From NCBI RefSeq assembly GCF_048593235.1, contig NC_133622.1, positions 248,810,055-248,874,054 of the forward strand: a stretch of 64,000 nucleotides of DNA, read 5' to 3'. This document shows, piece after piece, positions 11,925-24,918 of the stretch. The notes beneath the pieces are model-generated. The model was not told the origin of the DNA and ran no database searches. It saw only the letters and a list, made by a program, of their open reading frames with translations. This DNA is from Sminthopsis crassicaudata. Lineage: Eukaryota. The translations under genes were made by a program, and so were the position numbers. How positions within the stretch are numbered: position 1 is the first letter of the stretch; every line of letters starts with the position of its first letter.

Positions 11925-14900
11925 TCAAGAACTAGAGCAGGCTGAGCGGAGGCGGGGGGTGCCTGACGGGCTCTCGGTGCTGCCTGCAGGGTCTGCACTG
12001 CCCAGGGTTTCTGGGCAGGGGGAGGGCAGGTTGGCTTCCGTCAGCAGGGCCGCATCCTCCCAGGAGCCAGAACCTGAGCAGGAGGAAGGGGGACAAAGGG
12101 AGTATGAAATAGCATCACCCCCACACCCTCCCCCCCCCCCAGTCGGCCAGCAGGACCCCTCACCGTCACTGGTCTCCTGATCTAGGCCCTCCTCATTAAG
12201 CGGCTGCAGTTCTGGCCCTTTCTCTTCTGGCAGCTGACTCCCTGCAGAGAACAAAGCAGGCCATCACACTTGGCTGGGTATGGCTTAGAAGGGGAATGAG
12301 AAAGGCCAGCAGTGGGGAGACGGGCCTGTCCCTCTGCCCCTGGCACGTACCTGGCCCAAGGGTAGCTGCATGGTCCCCATCATCCTGAGATTTCTCGGGA
12401 AGCCTGGTTAGCTCTGCTCGGCTTCTGGGCCCCAGCCCTGCAGAGGGGGAGAGGCTGCAGGAAGCTGTTCCCACAGACATGTGGGCTCCTTCCCCCCTCC
12501 TCCCAGGGGAGGGGCTGAACCCTAAAGCTGGACTCGGGAGGCCTGGCTCCACTGGTAAAAAGCAGCTAAGCCTGGGGCCTCCACCCGAGTCACCATGGCC
12601 ACTAGGGCCGAGCTCCCAGGGAGCACGCTCTGCACAGAGACCTGCTTGGGCCTTAGCACAGGCCACGACGTCCAGGCCGTTCGTTAGCACCCCAGGAACC
12701 TCTCCTGGCTGGATGCAGGAGACTACTCCTGCCGGGGTCATGACAAGGATGTGTGTGAGCAGAAAGTCAACGAGCCAGCTAATAAGAAAGGCAGCAGGAT
12801 CCCCGGCAAGGAGTCCCCCCATTGAGGGAATGGGGAGAGGAACCCCCAGGAGATCACTGAACCCCTCCCTGCCACTCTACTGCCCGACAAACCTGGTCGT
12901 CTGGAAGCGACCCTTCTCTGGCCTTCTGATTGCGAGCCGTCCTTATCTCGACTGGGCCCCTAGGACAGGGAGAGGAGGAGGGACCTCAAAGCACTCCCTG
13001 GAGGCCCAAGTCCCCGGTCCCCTCCGGTGGCTCCGGCCCTCGACGCCCCACAATACCTGCAAGGTGAGGCGGTGCCGGGGCCAGATGCCGCCCCACACCC
13101 ACTGCAAGTAGCTGAAGAGCACAATGACGCTGAGGAAGGTAAAGTTGCTGGCGATGCCGATGACGGCGGAGGTGACGGGGAAATTGTACAACAGATACCT
13201 GAGACCGGGGACACTTGGCGTCACAGGGGGCAGGGACGCGGGCTTGCCCTACAGCTCCCAATGACCAGCACATGGGCTTAGTCAGAGAGTCAGATCTCAT
13301 GCTATCTCGAGAGCCCCAAGGGACCGGGGGGGGGGGGGGGTGCAGACCTGGCAAGCGCTGTGACCTGTGTGACTTCTCTGTAGCTGACGCCTTCACCCTC
13401 ACGTCCCACCCAGACTGAAAGCTAGTCCTGCCCATCCCCCAGAGGAGTGCCCCACCAGGGGTTAAGGGGCCCCTCAGTAAAGGCCCAAGGTGCTGTGTTC
13501 CCTTCCTGAGAAGGCTTCCCAATTCTGCTTCGGCCGGGCCCCTCTACCTGAGCCCCGTGAAATGGGCGTGGATCCGCAGCTGAGCCCCATAGAGCTGAAT
13601 TCGAGTGCTGTGGATCTCAATCACTGCGCCGGTGGTGGGCATGTACTGGGGAGGAGGGCTGCAGTCAGTGCCAGGAACCCCTCGGTGCTCCCACTCTCTC
13701 CCTCCTCTCCCCCCCTTCACCAGCTGCTCCCCACCCTTCCCCTTTCCTCAGCAGCTCCAGCTAACAGACAGGAACTTCCTTTCAGGAGAAGGGGCCAGGG
13801 CCCCCCAGTTTTCCGCTCATGCACCCTGACCCCAGGGGCTCCTCTCACCGAGTCCTCCCTGTAGTCCGCATATAATTCCACCTCCAGGAGCTGCTTTTGC
13901 TCGGCAAAGCCCGATAAGAAGAGGCCAGAGAAGACAAGTGTGTCCAGCAGTCGCAGCAGGGTTGAGCGGTAGTGCAACATGGCCTGGAGAGCCAGAGACG
14001 GACCCTAGCTCTAGGCTCAGCCCCTGCCCTCTGCCCTCTAATGTTCTGTTGTCTCCAGAACTTAACACTGCCCGGCCCCAGTCCCTCTTTAGAAGCCTGC
14101 GCTCCTCCACAGCCAGGCCCTGCTCCCAGCCCCTTCACACCTCAAGGGCTCTCCTGCCTTTTGTTTGTTCACATTTTCCTTTTTATGAAAGCTCAGGGGT
14201 CACCAACTTTTTTTAATATTTTAAATTAATTTTATAATTATATATTTTTTGACAGTACATATGCATGGGTAATTTTTTTTAACATTATTCCTTGTATTCA
14301 TTTTTCCAAATTTTCCCCTCCCTCCCTCTACTCCTTCCCCTAGATGACAGGCAATCCCACACATGTTAAATGGGTCACCAACTTCTGACGTTCAGGACAA
14401 TCCATTACATTAGCCCATCAAACCTGTCCTAACCCACTCCCCTTTTAACATTACAGTCTGGACAGTCCTTGTTTAGGGGTTCTTAACCCGAGATCTCAGT
14501 CCTTGAGTACATTTCAGAGGATCCATGACAATGGACAGAGAAAAGTCATTACATCCTTCAAATGCTTCGATATAATGTGATTAAAAACTTGATTCTGAGG
14601 AGAGGGGGCAGAGGCACCTCTCCTCAGACTAAGGGACCCAGGCCACAAAAATGGTGAAGAACCTCCGATCTGAGCCAAGTGGGGGCTTGAGATCACCCAG
14701 TACAAGTGGAAGAGATACTAAGGACCTAACACGTGCCAAGTCCCTGTTGCTAGATGCTGGGGAGACTATCTGGGTCAAGAGAGAGTGCTCCTTAAGGTCA
14801 GGCTCAGTCCCCAAGTTCCTGCTTCAGCGTGGACAGGTGCCCCACGCCAAGCCCACCGAGAAGGCCTGAACTTGGCAGCTCCCTCCCAAGGCCCTTCCTC

Positions 14901-17900
14901 CCAAGGCTCCTAGGGTTGTCATGCCCGCCATATGCCCCTCTCCCTCCAAGACTCACAGAACGGGCAGAAGAGGAAATGACTCGGCCTCCTCGGGTGTAGC
15001 AAGCAATGGTGACCATGAACATGCCCAATTCTTGGTTCACCGGGGACTCGGGCATCTCCAACTCCAGGGAAATTTGATAGGGTTGTCCATACATCAGCAC
15101 CTGCACACATGGCGGGGGGGGGGGGGGGGGAGATTAACATCAGCCTTCCTAACCCCAAGCTCTGCAAAAATACTTTTTCTCCTCTGTCATTTCCAAATCC
15201 ATCTCTCCCCACCTACTAGGGAGCCATTGCTTGTAAAAGAATTTAAAAAGAAAAAACCAGCAATTGAGTAAAACAACAGCCTAAGAAGCACTCCAAGCCC
15301 AAACACCCCCTTGGCCCCCCCTTCCCAGCCCCCACTGCAGGCACCGCTGCCGCAGCCAGGGAGGGCCAGAATCCCACTCCCAGCTCCCAGGCCGAGCCTC
15401 ACTCCCCAGGGAAACGTCTGCCCCACGTCACTGACTCTCCTTTCTCGGAAAGCGAGCTTGCAGGTGCCAAATGGGTCATCCGTGACTAAGGCTAAAGAGT
15501 GTGCTAAAGAGACCATCCCCCTGGACTGGCTTGACACCATTTCTGTCGTTAATTAACCAGCAGCCAGCCAGCAATTCCTAATTCAGGAGGCACTCAAAAG
15601 CTCTTCGTCACCCTCCGTCCCGTCTCATTTGGAACTCATTCCACCTTCTCGGGGGCGTCTCCTGCTCTAGGAGATGCCGGCTCGCTTTAGCTGTGAAGAT
15701 CTCTACCCTGACCACCGTGGTATCTGCAGCATCTCCAGGTTGATAAAAACTCTTTGTAGAAGACCAAATTTGGTCACTCTCGGGATGATCAATTTCCCAA
15801 GAATTCTACCCATTGTGTAAAACTTCGGTGTGTCATTCTAGTTTTTGATGTTTCCAAGAGTTTATTAGAGATGACAAGACTTTAGGATCTTGGGAGGACA
15901 TCTGGCTTTTATCGTTGGCAGAAATCCCCACACTACTTCACCCCTGCAACAGGCCTTAGTCATCCATCCCGCCTCGAGACTCCCCCTTTTCCCTGCCGAG
16001 CCTCGCCTGGGCCACAGTGACCTTCCCAGCGCTCCTAGGGCTGGGATACACAGGCTTCTCTCAGCCTGTGCTGTGCTGCAGCCCTCAGGGACTCATCTCC
16101 CACCCGATCAAGGCTGACTGAATTGAATGTCATCGGTTCCCAGCTAAGCGACGTCTTTCCTGATTCTTTGTCCTCTCTGCCCGAGCCTGTCCCGTGAGAG
16201 CTGCCCACAAGCCCTCGGGAGCCAGGCACTCTAGGAAAGGGCTCGGCTTCAGCTTTTCACACTCAGGCCAAACCTCCCCTTTGGGGTTACGTTCACACAA
16301 CTCTGCAGAGATCATCTCGGCTGCTCTTCTCTGAGACAGAGGCCACCGTCAGAAAGGATGACTCCGCCATCCCCAACGGTCACAGCCACAACTCGGGCCT
16401 CTCCCCGAGTCCAGGGACAGAAGTACTGCATCTGGAGGGGAGCACCTGTTCCCCGAAGTACATCATACACGAAACAAATTCACCTGTCTACTGTCCCCTC
16501 ACTGGTGAAATCAAAATGTACCTTTTATCATCTTGGCATTTCACTATCCACAAGAAATGAGTGGGCCCTAAGGATGTGAATATTTTACATATGCTTCTAC
16601 CAAGCCTCCTTATTTAGGCAGAGGGAGGAAATTAGTATTTGTTAGCATCTGCTATGTGATGACATTATGCTAAACATTTTACAAATACCAATCTCATTGA
16701 TCTTCATAAGCACAATGGAAGGTAAGTGCTATTGTTACCTCCATTTTACAGCTGAGAAAACTGAGGAAATTTTAAGGAGTGACTTGCCCAACGTCACACA
16801 ACTAAAAAACTCAGGTCTTCCTTACTCAGGTCTGGCACTGCCTACTAAGTCACTGTTGCTTCTAACCCTCTCATTTAAATAATGAGTTAAGATGGCTCCT
16901 GGCAGAAAAGTCCGGGGAGGATCCCTTGGCTTTTACTTTCATCCTTTGGCTAAAATGCTCTCCGATCTCTAGTCTGTCTTTCACCTATTCCTGGTAAAAT
17001 ATTCACATTCCTCCATTTTTTAACTTTTTGGGATAAAAACTTGCAAAAGGCTTTTTGAAGTTCTAAATAAATCCCACCCACTGATCAGCAGCATAGAGGA
17101 GAGCTGGAAGGGCCCGGGAGGCCAGCAATCTTACTGAAAGCAGCAGACCGGGGGTGAAACAAGGTAGCAGGAAGCCAAAGCGGGCCTCAATCGCAAGCTC
17201 CCAGACATTGTCCAAAACGAGGGCCTGCCTCTGCTCAGAATACGACTAGTGGACAATTTGCTGCCTTTCTGTGAGTCGGCTTCTTTGCTTACGTGTTCCA
17301 GTCCCCCTCCTCCCTAGCTAGCCCAGCTGGAGGTGGACAGGCTGGTCTGCACCTTCTAGCCGTCGTCCGCAGCCATGGAGACACCTGACAGGCCCTTTCG
17401 TCCAGCGGCTGTTTCTGACGAGCTTCCACAGCGTTTGACCCTTCAATCCATCGCCCCGTGGGTGAATGCCACCCCAGTCCAGTGATTTCTCTCACTACTC
17501 ATAAAAATGCCTGCGCAGTCAGCAGCGTCACACACGGGAGCCGAGGCCTTCCAGAAGGAGGCTCCTCACCCTCGTTAGGCCAAAGACACATGGGTTACTC
17601 ACCCTCTCAATGCCCAGCATCTTTCACTGGAGCTCCCCCCGCAAGCTTTCCCACCTTCTCTTCCTACTCACCCGATCACGTCCACCTTTAACCAGGGAGA
17701 CGTTGGCCACAGGAAAGGAGCAGAGAACAGGTCCAGCAGAACCGCAGTCTGTCCTAGAGTGGGAAGGAAGTCACACCATTTACCTTAAACCCCCTCAAAC
17801 CCTGGGGGGGGGGTCACAAGGTGATGGCATCTCACTCTCACTCCCTTTTCCTGCTGCCTCATAATCTGTATCACAGAAGGAAAATGGTGTCACTCCTGCT

Positions 17901-18720
17901 TTGACAGGTAATAAGAGCCAAGTCCCTAGAACTGAAAATGAACAGGGGAGGGGGGAGGACAGAGGAAAATGGGTCCCCAAAGTGGGAAGAACTGTTATCC
18001 CCAAGAGGAAGAAGGCTCAAGGGAGGTTTCCATGATCCTACGTTGGGTTCCTTTGGTTGTCAATCATATTCACTCAATTAGGGATGAGTAAGGGCTGATG
18101 GCAAAGGTGCGAATGGAAAAGGGTGTTGGAAAATACGTAGAACAGATAACAAAGTGTCGCTCTCCTTTCTTGGCAGAGGACTGCCAGAACATGAGGTCAC
18201 GCAATACTCCATCGTGCTGAAATGGTTTTCTTTGTTACAGGGGAAAGGTTCAACTCCAAAAAATATAGGTAGGAGAATTCCCAGAAATGACTATGATGGG
18301 AAAATAAAAAGCCAACATCAACAAAACGTATAATCATATAAATATATACACACATATACCTATATGTGATTTAAAATAAAAAGTTACATGGAGGCAGCGG
18401 TGGGGTGTCAGGACCGGGCAGACAGCAGTTCCGAAGGGGACCACGAGGGTCTTTTGCTAGTCTGAGCGCGCCTCCCTCCCTCCCCAGGCCAGCCTCGTAG
18501 CGGCCCCTCACCTGTAGGACACATGGACCGGGCTGAGGTGGCTGACTGTCGGCATGTAGGAATAGTAGAAGGAGGCATAAAGGAAGACGGACACCCAGAG
18601 GAGGAGGAGGATGGTGCAGAATGCCACTCCAAACCGAAGCAGGAGCTTGCGGGCTCGCCCCACCACCATCTGGCCCACTTCCTGGGCCCAGAGCAGGGCT
18701 GGCACTGGGTCACTGGCCAT
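11925..18720 (-). CDS. BSCL2: Seipin, 396 aa (short-isoform length), 10 coding exons
   Basis: Exons 18720-18512, 17753-17672, 15100-14957, 13983-13849, 13645-13548, 13198-13057, 12959-12893, 12437-12351, 12241-12164, 12073-11925, all GT-AG, total 1191 nt. [24 protein letters not shown] (glycosylation site kept), [17 protein letters not shown]. Minus-strand AATAAA at 11850-11855. Confidence 0.96.
14210..14371 (-). mobile_element. 5'-truncated L1 3'-end insertion with 13-bp target-site duplication
   Basis: T-rich tail then marsupial L1 3' UTR (gacagtacatatgcatgggtaattt...cccctagatg); gggtcaccaactt at 14197-14209 and 14372-14384. Confidence 0.8.
16680..16850 (-). mobile_element. MIR fragment
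   Basis: ccattttacagctgagaaaactgagg...gtgacttgcccaacgtcacacaact. Confidence 0.7.
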
Positions 18721-19479
18721 AGCGGGAGCCGTGGGGGGCAGCCAGGACCTGGCTAGGCCCAGGTGTCAGGCCGCCTTGTCCAATCTGCTCCGTCACCTGG
18801 ACGCTACCCCTGGCCATGAGACAGCATAGGCCGCAGTTCCTAGAACGAGACGAGAGGGCAGAGTGGCGGCAAGGGGACTGGAAAGCATCCACCCCTCTTG
18901 GGCCCCAGCTGCGATCATTTGAAAACCCTCTTTGCTCTAGGCTTCCCTGCCCCCACGCACATGCAGTGCGGGCTCAGCTGCAAGGGGAAGCCTGTCTCCC
19001 TCCACACCTGCCCACCTCACAGCCCCCACCTGCTCTAGGGGTCACGTACTGTTTTTCCACCTGCACGAGGCCCGTAACCTCCCCCTCCCCATTCAGAGAG
19101 AGGGAATTAGAGGGGGAGGGGGAACTACATAATCTCTGGGCCCCCTCCCCGGTGACCCCTGCAGTGAGCCGGTCTGGGGAAGGGCCTTACCTGAAGGGCG
19201 GGGCAACTCTCGGGCTCCTTACCCTGGCAGGGGTTACCGTGGGCAAAGAGCTTTACCAACTCCCCAATTGGGAAAACCTGAGTTAGCATCCCTTACTTCG
19301 AACCTGCCGGAGTCCAAGGGCCTGCCCTCCCCCCAATCCCAGCCGCCCCTGGGGCGACCTCGGGGTCTCCTGCAGGCCACCTTTCACCTCTGACACCTCT
19401 CCCTAGGAGGAGGGCCGGGACTTTCTCCCCTGGCTAAGGGGGCTGGACTTCCCGGGGCTACCTGTCAAGTGCGCAGCCG

Positions 19480-20420
19480 CTTCTGGGCCTAAATAGCGAC
19501 CGTCCCCCTCCCCAAAGGCCGCCGGGGCCGCCCTCGCCCACCTTCCTCACGAGCGCAGAGGCTCTGCCCAAGAGGGGAGGGGGTGCCCAAGACCCCCGCG
19601 GTAACGGCCCCGGGGCCCCCTCCAAGCTCGAGCTCGGCCTCGGCGGCTCTACCTCGGAGATGACCCGGGCCTGGGGATGGGGGCGGCACTCCTCCCCCGC
19701 GTCCCCGCGGCCCGAAGAGCCCGAGCCCGGCCCAGCCCAACGACGCCACCCCCCCGCCCCGCCCCAGCCCGGGCCTCACAAAGGCCCCGTGAGGTAAGCG
19801 CCACGGGGATGGGGGTGGGGGCGGGGGCGGACGCCAAGGCCGGAGGGGAGGGCGCAAGGCCGGGGTGGGGGGGCTGCGGCTTCCCTCTGACCCCCGCCTC
19901 CCGACAACACTTGGGGCCGCCCGTCCGCTCCCCACGCCTAGGCCTCTGCGGACGGCCAGCCCCTACCTAACCGGGTCACCATGGAAACCATGCCCGCTGG
20001 CGGGGCCCCGCCGCCTCGCCGCCGCCGCCTCCTTCACTCACCGGCCTCTGCCGCTGCCCCGGCAACGCCGACAGAAGACTTCCGCCTCGCGCGGAAGCCC
20101 CGCCCCCTCCTCGGGCCCGCCTTTGTACTGCCGCCGAGAGGCGGTGCCGAGCCGCGAGGCCCGGGAATGAGGCCCGGCGATTGGAGGAGACGCCGCGAGA
20201 GGGGCGGGGCCCGAGAGGCTAAGGGGTGAAAGGAGACGCGGCCCCACCCCTTGGCGTCTAGCGGCACGTGCACAGACCAACGGCTGCGGCTCCGTTGCCG
20301 TGGTAACAGGAATTGTGGCGAGACCTTCCAGCTCTCCCGCCCCCCCCCCCACTCCAGAGACCACCTCTCCCCCCCTTCTCGTGGCTTCCTTCCCTTCCCT
20401 CCTTCCGACCCTAGGCTTCC
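19480..20420 (-). promoter_or_regulatory. BSCL2 CpG-island promoter and probable 5' UTR exon (donor AG/GTAGGG at 19967/19966)
   Basis: CpG island upstream of the exon 2 acceptor (18839); X-box-like motifs at 19975-19988 and 20294-20307. Confidence 0.6.
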
Positions 20421-20805
20421 TGGGAGGTGTGGAATAAAATCTGAGCCGCCCTCTCCGGTTTCCCCTCTGAACTGTGGAAGGATCTCGCCAGCCCCGCCTC
20501 CTCGGTGAAAGTGACTAGAAGAGAAAGTGTAACAAAGCCGGGCTGCGTCATTGCTTCCTCCCTTTTCCGCGGGCCTCAGTTTCCCCATCAGTGAAATTGG
20601 GCCCATAACACTGCGCCACCTACGTTATTTACGATGTGGTAAATACACAGTGAGGTCTCGGGCGCGGCTGGTGAAGCGCCCAGGGAAGGAAGCATTTCCC
20701 TGCCTCCGGGAAGCTTAATTGTATTCCGGGAACCGGGTTCTGCGTTCCTCGGTACAAAACATGGACAAAGCCAGTTCGGGCATTAGGGCTTTATAATCCC
20801 TCCGC

Positions 20806-21178
20806 CTCTGGGATCGGGCCGACGCCCCCCCTCTGGGATCGGGCAGACTCCCCCCCTCTGGGATCGGGCAGACTCCCCCCCTCTGGGATCGGGCGGACGC
20901 CCCCCCTCTGGGATCGGGCAGACTCCCCCCCTCTGGGATCGGGCCGACGCCCCCCCTCTGGGATCGGGCAGACTCCCCCCCTCTGGGATCGGGCCGACGC
21001 CCTCTCTGGGATCGGGCCGACGCCCCCCTCTGGGATCGGGCAGACTCCCCCCCTCTGGGATCGGGCCGACGCCCCCTCTGGGATCGGGCAGACTCCCCCC
21101 TCTGGGATCGGGCCGACGCCCCCCTCTGGGATCGGGCAGACTCCCCCCCTCTGGGATCGGGCCGATGCCCCCTCTGGG
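20806..21178. repeat. Minisatellite, ~24-25-bp unit, 15 copies plus a partial, two alternating variants
   Basis: ctctgggatcggg(ccgacg|cagact)c(5-7) repeated. Confidence 0.95.
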
Positions 21179-21639
21179 CCTTTCCCCACTTGTAGAGCCG
21201 GGAGGGTCTCTATGAACCCCCCTCCCCCTCACCCCCACCCCCTGTCGCAGCGGGTCCCGCAGGGCCCCCTCGGGCAGTCCGTTGTACAGAGTTGGCGGAC
21301 CTCCAGCGTGCTGGGATCGCTGGGCCTCTCCGGGCCTTGCCCCAAGTTCAACGATGCCCTAGATTTGGGCAGCCGAGGGCTCTCATGTATGTAATCCTCT
21401 GGGGCTGATTGAGCAAACCGGCACCTTCCTGCTCCGGCCGCCTCTCCCAGATGCTCTCCCCTCTGTCCCTTCTCCTCCCACTCCCAGGGGCCTCCGCGGC
21501 TCCTCAGCCCGGCCGCTCCTGGTGCAGAGGTATATGAAAACAGGTTCACAAACCCAACACTTGCCGCTGGGCCACAATTTGGAGATTCCCAGTTCAGCTC
21601 TGAGAGGGGTCACAACCCAGCTTAGTGACGTTGCTGCAG

Positions 21640-22685
21640 GTCTTCAGCTCTCTGGGATTTAGGACGCCCCTCTGTCTCTCCCTCCTACCTCTCCGACAGC
21701 CCCCATCTCCTTCGCTATATTCTCCTCCAGAGATCCTCTAGATGCTAGTGATTCTCCCATCTCTCTCACCTGCCCCAGTTTCTCTGCTGACTTCACTCTC
21801 CCGTGGTCAACAGCCTTTCAGACGGCTCCAATTGGCCGTCAATGACAACTTGTCCAAAGCGAGTTTCATTCTCTCCCCCTTTGCCTCATGTTACCTGTCT
21901 TTCTCCAGAGGTAACCCTGTCCTCCCTGCCCCGCAGGCTCACAGCCCCCAGTCACCTTTGACTCCCCTTTCCTTCCCCGCTCTACCTCCAGTCATTTGTC
22001 AAGTCCCGGTGCTATCTTGCTAACATCTCTCACCCACCATATCCGAGCTGTTGCCAAGACCTGCCGACTTCACCTTTGCAACATTTCTCAGCTACATCCC
22101 CTCCTCCCTCCGGACGCTGCCCACATCACCTCATACCTGCATGGTTGCACCCTCTTATTTTATAAACACTGCCGGCCGCCTATTGCTTCTAGGAACAAAC
22201 GAAAAATTCTCTGCTTGGCATTCGAAGCCCTTCAGAAGCTGGTCATTCCCTCCCTTTCCAGCTTCTGGCTCTTCACTCCCCACAGTGTACCCTTTGGCCC
22301 AGTGAAACTGACCTCCTGGCTGATCTCCCAACAAGACTCTCCATCTCTCAGCTCTGGGCTCTCCAGCGGTCCCTTAAGCCTGAAATGCTCTCTACTCTAT
22401 TCTGACTACTGGCCTTCCTGGCTTCTTCCAAGGGCCCAAGTCCCCTCTTTTTATAGGAAGCCTTCTTAGCCCCTCCTAATTTTTTCTTTCCTTTTTACTA
22501 TTTTTTTTTCCTTTTAACTATTTCCTATTTGTCTTATACCTTTGTGCATATTTATCTGTATGTTGTCTCTCCCATTAAATTGTAAGTTTCTTGAGAACAG
22601 GGACTGATTTTTGCCTCTTTTTATATTCCCAGCACTTATCAAAGTACCTGGCACATAGTAGGTGCTTAATATGCATTTATTGAAT
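21640..22685 (+). mobile_element. LINE2 remnant including 3' end
   Basis: C/T-rich L2 body ending ttgagaacagggactg...cctggcacatagtaggtgcttaat. Confidence 0.8.
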
Positions 22686-23764
22686 TCAAATCTTGGCTTT
22701 TATTAAGTCAGTCACTAAGGTCACATGATCAGCCAGGGGCCAAGTTCCCTCCTCTACAGCTAAGACCCCAACCCCTCACTTACCTGTCCATCATACAATG
22801 TGGATCCTTGAAAGGGGTGACAGTGGAATTTCTTGGGCATGCTAGCCTCTGGATTCCAGTTTGACTCTGGGTGAATCTCAAATGAGGATTGATGAGCTTA
22901 ATAAACCTCGGTGGTTCTGACTAACCTGTCTCTCCACTTTGCCACATGTAAAGCAATCTCTACAGAATAGAATCTCCAGGAGAAAAGGGAGTTTTTGACC
23001 TAGTATTCCAAGCTCCAAGGCAGAGCCCCGTTTATGCTTCAAAAATATTTGTTAAATTGAATTGATGCAAAACCTGTAACCTCACCCAGTGCAGAGGGGT
23101 GTGAGTAGGAAGGAACACAGAGGCCCCTGGACATAAGAATAAGGGATGACAATGCTGAGGCAGAAGGAAGAGGGGAGGACGAGGGAGGGGGGAGTAAACG
23201 CCCAGCTGATGTCAGATTTCCAAATGAGCAGGGTCCCCTGCAGCCCAGCACAGACTCCACTGCAGCAGATGCCATGGGCCCAGACCACCACAGGGCGATA
23301 GGGGAGGTCGGTTTGGCCTCGGCTTCTTCAAGGCCCTCTCGGACACATCCTGACTCTCCTCTCACTGTGCCGATGACAGGGGAGGGCAGGGAGTTAGTCA
23401 TTAGCTGGTGCGAGGTGCCCACCCAGGCAGGAGCTGGCTGTCAGCTTCCCCCACTGGCTGCACGATTGGTACATTCCGGGATGGGAGCAACTCCTTCTAG
23501 CATCCTTCATCCTTCAGGTAGTAGTGGTCCAGAGAGGCAGTGGTAACACTGTGTCACTTGGGACCAGCCCTTGAAGGACCCGAGCCCAGTCCCCGCTCCC
23601 TTGTGGAGGATTGCCGTTACTCTTCTCCGAGCCTGCTATTTCTATCATTTGCATCCGAAAGCACCAGGCGACAGGGTGAGACGCCCACCCCAGCCAGAAG
23701 GTCTCCTTTTCCCTCAGAACCCCAGGATCTGCAGGCACCTAAAGCTTGAGGTCAGTCGTTCAGT

Positions 23765-23765
<1 letters not shown>

Positions 23766-23795
<30 letters not shown>
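23766..23795. repeat. (GT)15 microsatellite
   Basis: Direct reading. Confidence 0.95.
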
Positions 23796-23796
<1 letters not shown>

Positions 23797-24453
23797 GGGG
23801 GGACAGGTTTCACCCATTGGGTGGGGGCTAATGTACTTTCTTGGGGTACACTCCCCATGTCCCTCATAATATCCTCCAGCTCAAGAGAATTCCAGGATGC
23901 TGGGGGGGGGGGGGCAGGATTACAATTTATCTTGACTGAAAAGACCCATCGTTCATTTGCTGAATTTTAACAGGTCTGGGGAAGGGTAGCTCTGGGAAGG
24001 CAATCGGTTCATACCCTTCATATTCCCTTCTCACAACCATTCCCACTATGGAGGACAGGGCGGTGGGAAAGCTCCTGGACTAGGATGGGGGTTATCTTAA
24101 CTAGCCAGGTCCCACCCTAACGGCAAGCCCCCTCACTGATAGAGAGTTCAGAAAGGAATCGGGGAGCAGGACAAATGTCCTTAGTTTCCTCCAGAGCGGC
24201 TTTTATGCCCTGGCAGAGGGTCGCTTGTCCAAAAGCTGTGGGGAATGATTCGGGTCAGCTCTGGTTCGCACTAGCGCCTCCTCGGAGGACCCTCCTAGTC
24301 CAGAGACCCCGGTTTTGCAAGGAACAGGAGAGGGTCTGTCTGGCGAGGGGGATGGCGTTCATCTGGGGCTTTGCGGCTTTCTCAGCGCAGCGAGTCCAGC
24401 CCCCCACCTCCCCTCCCTGCTCTGAGCTGTCCTCCTGCTCTCTCAGAGCCAGG

Positions 24454-24918
24454 ATGAAAGGAGAGACCCCCGTGAACAGCACCATGAGCATCGGGCAAGC
24501 CCGAAAGCTGGTGGAGCAGCTCAAGATAGAGGCCAGCATGTGCCGGATCAAGGTGGGTGCGACCCTCCGCCTGCAACCGTGCGGCCGGGGGCGAGGTCCC
24601 TGGCCCTCGAGAGCCTTTCTTCCTTGGGGGGTGCCGGCCACTCTCGGCTTGGCTCTGGGAGGGGGGAGCTCCGTCCAGAAAGCTGGGGGAGGGATTGGCT
24701 GGCATTCCGGCCCGGGGAGCAGCCCTGGGGGGGCTTCGTGCCCTGGGGACCCCTGGCTCAGTCCGACCCCCTGCCGTGCCGGTGCCCAGGTGTCCAAGGC
24801 AGCTGCGGACCTGATGACATACTGCGATGCTCACGCCTGTGAGGACCCCCTCATCACTCCTGTGCCCACCTCGGAGAATCCCTTCCGGGAGAAGAAGTTC
24901 TTCTGCGCCCTCCTGTGA
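24454..24918 (+). CDS. GNG3: G protein gamma-3 subunit, 75 aa, exons 24454-24552 and 24790-24918
   Basis: [33 protein letters not shown] / [42 protein letters not shown]; CaaX; AATAAA at 25089-25094. Confidence 0.98.
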   Translation: MKGETPVNSTMSIGQARKLVEQLKIEASMCRIKVGATLRLQPCGRGRGPWPSRAFLPWGVPATLGLALGGGSSVQKAGGGIGWHSGPGSSPGGASCPGDPWLSPTPCRAGAQVSKAAADLMTYCDAHACEDPLITPVPTSENPFREKKFFCALL

